Assembly: GCA_039806935.1 (NCBI GenBank)
Contig: JBDHQH010000005.1
Coordinates: 4,939 to 68,938, forward strand
DNA length: 64,000 bases
Source: Verrucomicrobiota bacterium
GTDB taxonomy: Bacteria; Verrucomicrobiota; Verrucomicrobiia; Limisphaerales; UBA8199
Reading direction: 5' to 3'
The notes under the pieces: generated by a model
What the model saw: only the letters and a program-made list of their open reading frames with translations
Database searches by the model: none
What the model was told of the DNA's origin: nothing
Shown: piece by piece, positions 53,956 to 61,728 of the stretch
Position numbering within the stretch: position 1 is the stretch's first letter
How the letters are laid out: every line of letters begins with the position of its first letter
Made by a program: the position numbers and the translations under genes

Positions 53956-54927
53956 TCAGGGGGAGCGGGCCGGGGTGACGCCATTGACCACGTTTTCCGG
54001 CTGGCCGCGCAGGAAGGCGCGCAGGTTCTCGAGGGTGACCCGCAGCAACCGCCGCCGGGCGGCCAGGGTGGCCCAGGCGTGGTGCGGAGTGATGATGCAA
54101 TTGCGGGCGGTCAGAAGCGGATGATCCGGCGGCGGCGGCTCGGCGCTGAGCACGTCCAACCCCGCGCCGGCCAGGCGGCCCTCATTGAGCGCGCGGGCCA
54201 GAGCGTATTCGTCGATCAGCCCGCCGCGGCTGGTGTTTAATAAAAAGGCCGCGGGTTTCATCCAGGCGAGCCGCTCCGCGTTGAGGAGTTGATGCGTCTC
54301 GGGCGTCAGCGGGCAATGCAGGCTCAGCACATCGCTCGCGCGCAGCGCCGTTTCCAAATCCGCCTCGGGGATGGGCGCGGCGGCGCCTTTCCGCCGCGGC
54401 ACGCCGATGACTTTCATCCCGAGGGCGGTAGCTAATTCCGCCACCGCGCGGCCGATCCGGCCCAGGCCGATGATTCCCAGCGTCAAGCCGTCCAACTCGA
54501 TCAAGGGGGATTCCCAATAGCCGAAATCCGGGCATTGCGACCAGCGTCCGGCGCGGACGCCGCGGGCGTGCTCGCCGACGCCATTGGTCAGCTCCAGCAG
54601 GAGGGCGAGGGTGGCTTGGGCCACCGAGCGGGTGCTGTAAGCGGGCACGTTCGTCACCGGAATGCCGCGTTCGCGCGCGGCCTCGAGGTCCACCACGTTG
54701 ACGCCGGTGGCCGTGACGCCGATGTACTTCAGGGCCGGCAGCCGCGCGATCAGCTCGCGCGACAGCACCGCCTTGTTCACCAGCGCGAGCTCGGCGTCCG
54801 CCGCCCGGACGAGGGTTTCCGCCGGGGTCGAGCGCGGGAAAATCCGGCATTCCCCAAGCGCCTCGAGCTCGCTCCAGCTCAGGTCGCCGGGGTTCAACGT
54901 CGCGCCGTCCAAGACCACGATTTTCAT
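53956..54927 (-). CDS. D-2-hydroxyacid dehydrogenase (glycerate/hydroxypyruvate reductase-like)
   Basis: 'MKIVVLDG', NAD motif 'GIIGLGRIGRAVA' and catalytic 'NTSRGGLID...ITPHHAW'. Confidence 0.88.
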   Translation of the reverse strand: MKIVVLDGATLNPGDLSWSELEALGECRIFPRSTPAETLVRAADAELALVNKAVLSRELIARLPALKYIGVTATGVNVVDLEAARERGIPVTNVPAYSTRSVAQATLALLLELTNGVGEHARGVRAGRWSQCPDFGYWESPLIELDGLTLGIIGLGRIGRAVAELATALGMKVIGVPRRKGAAAPIPEADLETALRASDVLSLHCPLTPETHQLLNAERLAWMKPAAFLLNTSRGGLIDEYALARALNEGRLAGAGLDVLSAEPPPPDHPLLTARNCIITPHHAWATLAARRRLLRVTLENLRAFLRGQPENVVNGVTPARSP

Positions 54928-54941
54928 TTGCGGAAGCCGGC

Positions 54942-55088
54942 TCAGCCGCGGTCGCGATTGGATTTGCGCCGGCCCAGGCTGTTGCTCTCGTGGAGGTACA
55001 TCTCGAAAAGCCGATGTCGAGCGGGGCCGCCGGGGCGGGGCCGCCTGCGGCTGAAGACGCGCCGCAGCCATTGAACCAGCCAGGACAT
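54942..55088 (-). CDS. candidate 48-aa basic small ORF (unlisted)
   Basis: Hand-translated: MSWLVQWLRRVFSRRRPRPGGPARHRLFEMYLHESNSLGRRKSNRDRG*. It begins 6 nt after the glk stop. Third-codon positions are markedly more G/C-rich than in the other frames of this gap. No homology recognised. Confidence 0.3.
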   Translation of the reverse strand: MSWLVQWLRRVFSRRRPRPGGPARHRLFEMYLHESNSLGRRKSNRDRG

Positions 55089-55093
55089 GCCGC

Positions 55094-56083
55094 TCACACC
55101 CTTTCACCCGCGAGGCGGGCGGCCACCCGCGCCGCGCCCAGCAGTCCCATGGCTTCGTTGAGCACTACCCGCACCGGCATGGCCTCCATGAGCGGGCGCA
55201 TCCGGCCTTTGTCGGTGAAGGCCTCGAGGAAAGCGGGGGCGCGCAAGGCGCGCAGGATTTTGGGCGCGACTCCCCCGGCGAGGAACACTCCGCCGACCGC
55301 CATCGTCTTGAGGGCCAGGTTGCCGGCTTCGGCGCCGAAGGCCGCGACGAACAAACCGAGCGCCCGCGCGCAGAGCGGGCAACGCCCCTCCAGGCCCGCG
55401 TTCGAGATGACGGCGGAGGGGTCCCCCTGCTCCAGGGCTTCGGTCAGCCAGGCCGGCTCCTCGCCGCGGCCGGTGCTTTTCAAAAACTCGTAAATGTTGA
55501 CCAGGCCCGGGCCGGAGAGCACGCGCTCGCAACTGACCCGCTGAAACTGCGCGCGCAAATGGAGCATCAACTCGGTCTCGAGCGGGTGGCGCGCGGGGAA
55601 ATCCGCATGGCCGCCCTCGCAGGCAAAGGGCCAATGATCCCGGCCATCCCAGAACAGGCCGGCTTCGCCCAGCCCGGTGCCCACGGCGATCACGGCCTGG
55701 TTGCCCTGGGCGTCGGGGGCGCCCGCGTTGAGCGTGACAAGGTCCTCCGGTTGCAGCGCCGCCACGCCGTGGGCGCTGGCCTCGAGATCGTTGATCAACC
55801 GGAGGTGGGGCGCGCCGAGCGCCCGGATGAGCGGCTCGGCTTCCACCACCCAGGGCAGGTTGGAAGTGACCACCCGTCCATCCCGCACCGGGCCGGGAAC
55901 GCCGAAACAGGCGTGGGTGACCTCAATTTTCCGCGGGGCGGCAAAAGCCCGCGCGATTTCCTCCAGGCTGCGGTGTTCCCGGCTGGGGAAGGTTTCTTCC
56001 GTCACCAACCTGAGCCGGCCCTCGCGGATCTCAAAGAATGCCAGGCGGCTCGAGGTGCCGCCGATGTCGCCTGCCAGAATCAT
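55094..56083 (-). CDS. glk: glucokinase
   Basis: 'ILAGDIGGTSSRLA', 'INDLEA' and 'AVIAVGTGLGEA'. Confidence 0.9.
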   Translation of the reverse strand: MILAGDIGGTSSRLAFFEIREGRLRLVTEETFPSREHRSLEEIARAFAAPRKIEVTHACFGVPGPVRDGRVVTSNLPWVVEAEPLIRALGAPHLRLINDLEASAHGVAALQPEDLVTLNAGAPDAQGNQAVIAVGTGLGEAGLFWDGRDHWPFACEGGHADFPARHPLETELMLHLRAQFQRVSCERVLSGPGLVNIYEFLKSTGRGEEPAWLTEALEQGDPSAVISNAGLEGRCPLCARALGLFVAAFGAEAGNLALKTMAVGGVFLAGGVAPKILRALRAPAFLEAFTDKGRMRPLMEAMPVRVVLNEAMGLLGAARVAARLAGERV

Positions 56084-56101
56084 CCGTGCAGGATAAGGGG
56101 T

Positions 56102-57364
56102 TCAACGGGGAAAACAAAGCAGGTAGATGGCTTTCAGGTATTGCGCTTCGGCAAAGGTGGCGGGGTGATCGGGCGGATGCCCCGTGGTTTGCAACCGTTC
56201 GAGCCGGCGAACACCCGCCAGCGCGCCCTGGACGGTTTGGAAAAACTCGGCGGCCGGCACATGCGCCGAGCAGGAACAAGCGACCAGCAGACCGCCGGGA
56301 GAGAGGTGAGGCGCCGCCCGCCGGGCCAGCGAGGCATAGGCCTGGAGCGCCGCGGGCTTGTCCGCCGCCCGCCGGGCCAGCGAGGGGGGATCGAGCACGA
56401 TCAGATCAAACACCCGGGCCGGGCGGGCGCCGAGCCAGGCGAAGGCATCGGCCTTGAGGTCTTGGCGCGGGCAGGCGGCCACTCGGGAATCATCCCGGTT
56501 CAAGGCAAAATTGCGCCGGGCGCTCGCGAGGGCGTGGGCGCTTAGATCGAGATCGGCCACGCTGGCCGCGCCCGCGCGCGCCGCATGGAGCGAAAAGCCG
56601 CCCGAAAAGCTGAAGACATTCAGGAGCCGGCGGCCCGCGGCCAGGCCGCCGACCCGCCGCCGGTTCTCGCGCTGATCGAGGAAAAAACCGGTCTTCTGGC
56701 CGCACCGCACTTCGGCGCCGAAGCGCAAGCCATCCTCGAGAAACACCACGTCGCTTTCGGGCGCCGCGCCGTGAAGCATCTGGCCATCCGCCAGCCGCCA
56801 CGCCCGGGCGGCGGCCTGGATGTTCCGGCTCAGCCGCAGGACGATCCGTCCGGGTTGGAGTCTCGCCACCAGCAATTTCGTGATTTCGGCCAGCCGCGGA
56901 AACCACGCTTGCGTATAGAGCTTGAGCACCAGCGTTTCGGCGTAGCGGTCCAGCACCAGCCCGGGCCAGCCGTCATTCTCGCCGTGGATCCAGCGGTACC
57001 CGGTCGTTTGCCCGTCGAACAGATTCGCGCGAATCCCGATCGCCCGCTCGAGGCGCGCCGCCCACCAGGCGGCGTCGATCTGCGCCGGCTGTCCCGCCTG
57101 GAGAACCCGAACGCGCAGCGGCGAGTCGGGATCGAACAGGCCCAGCGCGAGGAATTGGTTCCGGCGATCGTAAATCACCGCCAGTTCGCCGGGTTCGCCG
57201 GGGCGGTTTTGCTCGCGAATGCTGTCGGCGAAAAGCCAGGGATGGCCTGCGCGCAACGGGCTCTCGGCGGCGGGCCGCACTCGCAGCCTCAACGGCGCGG
57301 GCCGGATCGGTGGGGGCTCCCGGGCAGTCACGATTTCATGGCCCCGGGCCGGGCATTGGACCAA
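56102..57364 (-). CDS. class I SAM-dependent rRNA methyltransferase (RlmI/RlmK-like, PUA + MTase)
   Basis: 'GHPWLFADSI', 'GQKTGFFLDQRENR', 'LNVFSFSGGFSLHAA' and 'DLIVLDPPS'. Confidence 0.85.
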   Translation of the reverse strand: MVQCPARGHEIVTAREPPPIRPAPLRLRVRPAAESPLRAGHPWLFADSIREQNRPGEPGELAVIYDRRNQFLALGLFDPDSPLRVRVLQAGQPAQIDAAWWAARLERAIGIRANLFDGQTTGYRWIHGENDGWPGLVLDRYAETLVLKLYTQAWFPRLAEITKLLVARLQPGRIVLRLSRNIQAAARAWRLADGQMLHGAAPESDVVFLEDGLRFGAEVRCGQKTGFFLDQRENRRRVGGLAAGRRLLNVFSFSGGFSLHAARAGAASVADLDLSAHALASARRNFALNRDDSRVAACPRQDLKADAFAWLGARPARVFDLIVLDPPSLARRAADKPAALQAYASLARRAAPHLSPGGLLVACSCSAHVPAAEFFQTVQGALAGVRRLERLQTTGHPPDHPATFAEAQYLKAIYLLCFPR

Positions 57365-57381
57365 AGCTCACGGGGAAACAG

Positions 57382-58995
57382 TCACGCCGTTTTCGCCGGC
57401 GGCTCCGCCGCGACTCGCGCTGCGTCCGGTTGGCCGGCCCCGCCCGTCCACCGCCGCAACAAGGCGGCCGAGGTCAGGGTGATGACCGTGCCGATCAGCG
57501 TGTACCAGGGCCAGAAAATCTCCGTCCCCACCAGGCGCATCCAGGCCGCGCGGGTGGCGGGCAGCAGCGGCAGCACCTCGATCAGCGTCATGCAGCCGAG
57601 CGAAATCAGCATGCCGCCGATCACCGGCAGGGCGCGGCCGGATTTGAAGAATACCGCCAGGATCAGCCCGCCCAGCAAGGCGCCGCTGGTCAGCCCGCGC
57701 AGAGTGAAAGCCGCGTTGAGGACGAACTCGACCTGCCGGCTCAGGTAGGCCACCAGGATCAGCGCGGCCGCCCAGGCGATGGTCGAAACTTTGCTGAAGG
57801 TCAGATAAAACCCCTCGCTGCGCCGGCGAACGAGATGATGGACAAAATCCATGGTCGAGACCGAGGCCAGCGACGTGAGCGCCGAGCTGACCGAGGACAT
57901 GGCCGCCGAGAGAATGGCCACGATGAAAAAGCCCTTCAGCAAATGCGGCACCTCGGTGATCATGAAGATGGGAAAGATGAAGTCGTTCGCCTTGATGCCC
58001 GAGCCGGGCCGCGGCTCGGGGAGGGGAATCTGGAAGCTGTGCGTCTGGTAATAGACCCAGAGCATCGTGCCGGCCAGCAGGAAAATCAGGAACAGTGGAA
58101 AAATCAGCACCGCGCTGAGCACGAGCGCCTTGCGGCCGTCGCGGGTGTTTTTGCACGCCAGCACGCGCTGCACAATGAGCTGCTCCGCCCCATGCGAGGA
58201 CATCACCAGCACCGTGCCGCCAAGGATGCCCATCCAGAGATTGAACGGGGCGCCGAGCAGAAACTTGACCCACGAGACCCCCTCCGGCGGAGTGACGAAA
58301 GCCCACTTCAGCTTGCCGGCGGCGGCGGCCTGGGAAAACACCGCCCCCACGCCGCCCTCGACCAGCGTCGGAATATAAAAGAGCGCGAAAATGCCGCCCA
58401 GCAGGAATAATCCGAACTGCACCGCGTCGGTCCAGATGACCGCTTTCACCCCGCCGATATAAGTGTAAATCAGCGACAACAGCACGAACAGCAGAATGGC
58501 GCCGAGGATTGGGTCGCCGGTGCCGAGCGACAACAAGGAATCGCCCAGCATGAGCTTGACCGGGATGCTGGCCACGTACACGCGCACCCCCGCGGCCAGC
58601 GTCTCGCTCAGCAAAAAAAAGCCGCCGGCCGTCTGCCGCGCCCCCGGCCCGAACTTGTCCGCGAACAACTGGTAGGGCGAGTAGATTTCGCCCTTGAAAT
58701 AGTGGGGCACGAGGACGGCCGCGAGAATGATGCGGGCGATGACGTAGCCGATGATCATCTGGATGAAGGCGATGTTGCCGCCATAGGCCATGGCCGGCAC
58801 GCCGATGATGGTGAGCGCGCTGGTCTCGGCCGCCACAATCGAGAGTCCGATGCCCCACCACGGCACCGTCTTACTCCCGAGAAAGTAATCACGGGTGTTG
58901 CGTTGATCCTTGCCGAACCAGACGCCCAGCCAAATGATGCCCAGCAAGTACGCCAGGATGATGATCCAATCGCCGGGGCTGAAGTAATCGTTCAT
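57382..58995 (-). CDS. sodium:solute symporter family transporter
   Basis: 13-14 TM helices and the SSS N-terminus 'DYFLGSKTVPWWGIGLSIVAAETSALTIIGVP'. Confidence 0.88.
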   Translation of the reverse strand: MNDYFSPGDWIIILAYLLGIIWLGVWFGKDQRNTRDYFLGSKTVPWWGIGLSIVAAETSALTIIGVPAMAYGGNIAFIQMIIGYVIARIILAAVLVPHYFKGEIYSPYQLFADKFGPGARQTAGGFFLLSETLAAGVRVYVASIPVKLMLGDSLLSLGTGDPILGAILLFVLLSLIYTYIGGVKAVIWTDAVQFGLFLLGGIFALFYIPTLVEGGVGAVFSQAAAAGKLKWAFVTPPEGVSWVKFLLGAPFNLWMGILGGTVLVMSSHGAEQLIVQRVLACKNTRDGRKALVLSAVLIFPLFLIFLLAGTMLWVYYQTHSFQIPLPEPRPGSGIKANDFIFPIFMITEVPHLLKGFFIVAILSAAMSSVSSALTSLASVSTMDFVHHLVRRRSEGFYLTFSKVSTIAWAAALILVAYLSRQVEFVLNAAFTLRGLTSGALLGGLILAVFFKSGRALPVIGGMLISLGCMTLIEVLPLLPATRAAWMRLVGTEIFWPWYTLIGTVITLTSAALLRRWTGGAGQPDAARVAAEPPAKTA

Positions 58996-59514
58996 GTCAA
59001 GCTGGCCTCATATCTGGAGGAGTCGGCGAACTCTGGCCAGCCAATTCTTCCGAACGCGATGAAATCCAGCCGGACCATCCGCCGCCTCAGTGATTCCCCT
59101 GAAATCACCAGCAATCCCCGGGGAAGCGTCCCTCCGTTTGCCCATCCGGCACTGCGGGATCCCGGGTTTTCTCCGGGGCTGTTCCGCGGCCTGGCCCCGG
59201 GATCGGCTTGTTGGCTTGCCCTGGTTGAGCCCCTCTCCGGGGTCGGTAAGCTGAGCCTCGGTAATAAGAAGCATAGGTATGCGCAAGTTTCATCTCAGCC
59301 CGGCCGGAGCCGCCGGATCGCTCTCAGACTTTGGTCCGCGCGGGCCGTCTGGCTCGGTGGCTCGCGGGCGGACCAGACCCTGATTTCCATGAGGATTCCT
59401 TCCAGCCAACCTTATCCCGGACTGACATTGGCGCCGCCGGCGGTCGCCTTGCCGGCCCTTCTCCCGGCCCGGCCGGGCTCGAGTCCGGATCGCGCCGCCG
59501 CTCCGCGACATCCT

Positions 59515-60186
59515 ATGCAACATCCAATTCGCGTTTTGCTGGTCGATGATCATCCGGTGGTGCGCAAAGGCCTGGCCGCCTGCCTGGGCCGCGCGCCCAG
59601 CCTCGCGGTGATCGGCGAGGCCGCCGATGGCCGGGAGGGCTTGCGCCTGGCTCGCAGCCTCAGGCCGGACATCGTGCTCACGGACATGGACATGCCGAAC
59701 CTTAATGGGCTGGGCCTGGCCGCCGCGCTCCGGAAAGAGCTGCCCGGGATCAAAGTGCTGGTGCTCTCCATGCACAGCGATTCGGACGGCGTCCTGCAAG
59801 TCCTTCAATCAGGCGCCTGCGGCTACATTCTCAAAGCCGCGCCGATGGAGGAACTGATTCACGCCGTCGAACAGGTTTGCGCGGGAAGAAATTATTTCAG
59901 CGACGAAGTCGCGCGGGTGGCCCTCAGCCGGCTAGTCACGGGGCAGGCGCCGCACAGCGGCAGCCAGCTCACGCCCCGTGAGCGCGAGGTGCTGATCCTG
60001 ATCGCCGAGGGCCTCAGCAACAAGGAGATCGCCTGCCGCCTGGATCTGGGGGTTCGCACGATCGAAACGCATCGCGAGCGGGTCATGCGCAAGTTGAACA
60101 TTCACTCGATCGCCGGCCTCACCCGTTATGCCGTGGCCAAGGGGTTGATTTCGCTGCCCGGGCATTTCGCGGCCGAGCCGCGGTGA
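59515..60186 (+). CDS. NarL/LuxR-family response regulator
   Basis: 'IRVLLVDDHPVVR', 'DIVLTDMDMP' and 'LTPREREVLILIAEGLSNKEIACRLDLGVRTIETHRERVMRKL'. Confidence 0.88.
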   Translation: MQHPIRVLLVDDHPVVRKGLAACLGRAPSLAVIGEAADGREGLRLARSLRPDIVLTDMDMPNLNGLGLAAALRKELPGIKVLVLSMHSDSDGVLQVLQSGACGYILKAAPMEELIHAVEQVCAGRNYFSDEVARVALSRLVTGQAPHSGSQLTPREREVLILIAEGLSNKEIACRLDLGVRTIETHRERVMRKLNIHSIAGLTRYAVAKGLISLPGHFAAEPR

Positions 60187-60276
60187 GGCGGCGCCTCGGC
60201 GGTGAGCAAGCGGTGAATAGCCGGGGCACAACAAACCCTTGGCGCGCGCCGCCGGTTTCTGGTTTGCTACGCGCTT

Positions 60277-61728
60277 GTGATCGATGCCAACCACTCCGAA
60301 GGCGGCGGCCCCGCGCCTGACCTGAAGCGGGGCCGTCGGCGCGCGGCCGCGCCCGCGGCGCGCGTGGACCGTTTGCCGCCGCACTCGCCGGAGGCGGAGC
60401 AGGGAGTGCTGGGCTGCGCGCTGCTTTCGCCCAACGAATGTCTCGGCGAATGCGTCGAGAAACTCCGCGCCGGCGAGGACGTCTTCTACGATCCACGGCA
60501 CCAGGTCATCTTCAAGGCGCTGACCGAGATGTACGACCAGCGCGAGGCGATCGATCTGATCACCTTGCAGCAGCGCCTCAAGGACAATCAGATGCTCGAT
60601 CTGGTTGGCGGCCTGGCTTATCTGTCGGCGCTGCCGGACACCGTCCCCTCGGCGGCGAACCTCAGCTACTACCTCGAGATCGTCCGCGAAAAATTTCTTC
60701 TGCGGCGGATGATCCAGGTCTGCACCGGCGTGGTGGGCCGGGTGTATGACTACGAGGGCGAGGTGGACAAGCTGCTGGACGAGGTCGAGAAAGAGGTGCT
60801 GCGGATTAATGAATCCCGGGTGCAGGGGAGCACGGTGGGGATCAAGGAACTCGTCAAGAAAGCCATCAGCACGATTGAGGAGTATCACTCCCGCCAGGGG
60901 GCGTTGACCGGCATTGGCACAGGATTTCCGGATCTGGACAAGATGACGGGCGGGCTGCATGGCGGGGAGATGATTGTCGTTGCCGCCCGGCCCAGCATGG
61001 GCAAAACCTCGCTGGCGATGAACATCGCCGAGCACGCGGCGCTCGAGGAGGGCAAGCCGGTGGGCGTCTTCAGCCTGGAAATGAGCGCCGATTCGCTGGT
61101 GCTGCGCATGTTGTGCTCGCGTTCGCGGGTGAACCTCAAAAACGTGCGCGACGGCTTCCTCGCCGAGCGCGATTTTCCGAAGCTCACCGGCGCGGCGGGC
61201 AAACTGGCCAACGCGCCGCTGTACATCGACGACTCGTCGGGGTTGTCCATCCTGGAGTTGCGGGCCAAGGCGCGGCGCATGAGCCAGCAGTATGGCATCC
61301 AGCTTTTCATCATTGACTACCTGCAACTGCTTCATTCTACTTCGCGCACGGAAAACCGACAGCAGGAGATTGCGGATATTTCCAATGGCCTCAAGGCGCT
61401 GGCCAAAGAGTTGAAGGTGCCGGTGATCGTGCTGAGCCAGTTGAACCGGGAATTGGAACGTGACAAGAACCGCAAGCCGCGGCTGTCGGATCTGCGCGAG
61501 TCCGGGGCCATCGAGCAGGACGCGGATCTGGTCGCCCTGCTTTACAAGCCCAGCGCGGATGACGAAGAGGCCGGTCCGGCGGCGCCCGATGAGGCGCAAC
61601 CGGTGAACCTGCTGATCGCCAAACAGCGCAACGGCCCGACGGGCGACGTTCATTTGACGTTCCTGAAAACTTATACGCGTTTTGAAAGCGCCGCCAAAGT
61701 CAGTGACGAAGACGTGCCAAACGGTTAA
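60277..61728 (+). CDS. dnaB: replicative DNA helicase
   Basis: 'PPHSPEAEQGVLGCALL', Walker A 'ARPSMGKTS', 'IIDYLQLL' and 'LSQLNRELE'. GTG start; no intein. Confidence 0.92.
   Translation: MIDANHSEGGGPAPDLKRGRRRAAAPAARVDRLPPHSPEAEQGVLGCALLSPNECLGECVEKLRAGEDVFYDPRHQVIFKALTEMYDQREAIDLITLQQRLKDNQMLDLVGGLAYLSALPDTVPSAANLSYYLEIVREKFLLRRMIQVCTGVVGRVYDYEGEVDKLLDEVEKEVLRINESRVQGSTVGIKELVKKAISTIEEYHSRQGALTGIGTGFPDLDKMTGGLHGGEMIVVAARPSMGKTSLAMNIAEHAALEEGKPVGVFSLEMSADSLVLRMLCSRSRVNLKNVRDGFLAERDFPKLTGAAGKLANAPLYIDDSSGLSILELRAKARRMSQQYGIQLFIIDYLQLLHSTSRTENRQQEIADISNGLKALAKELKVPVIVLSQLNRELERDKNRKPRLSDLRESGAIEQDADLVALLYKPSADDEEAGPAAPDEAQPVNLLIAKQRNGPTGDVHLTFLKTYTRFESAAKVSDEDVPNG

Noticed and set aside
53822-54100. 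N-terminal extension of yicC (track ORF 52940-54100); similar upstream extensions exist for cysD (27863), trpB (7431), the GT4 at 36067, TylF (37349), hpnK-like (47453), the SQS-like gene (48429) and the dehydrogenase (55107)
   Set aside because: The extensions are Arg/Pro/Gly-rich. They overlap neighbouring genes or a REP element. Conserved family N-termini begin at the internal Met codons used in the feature table.
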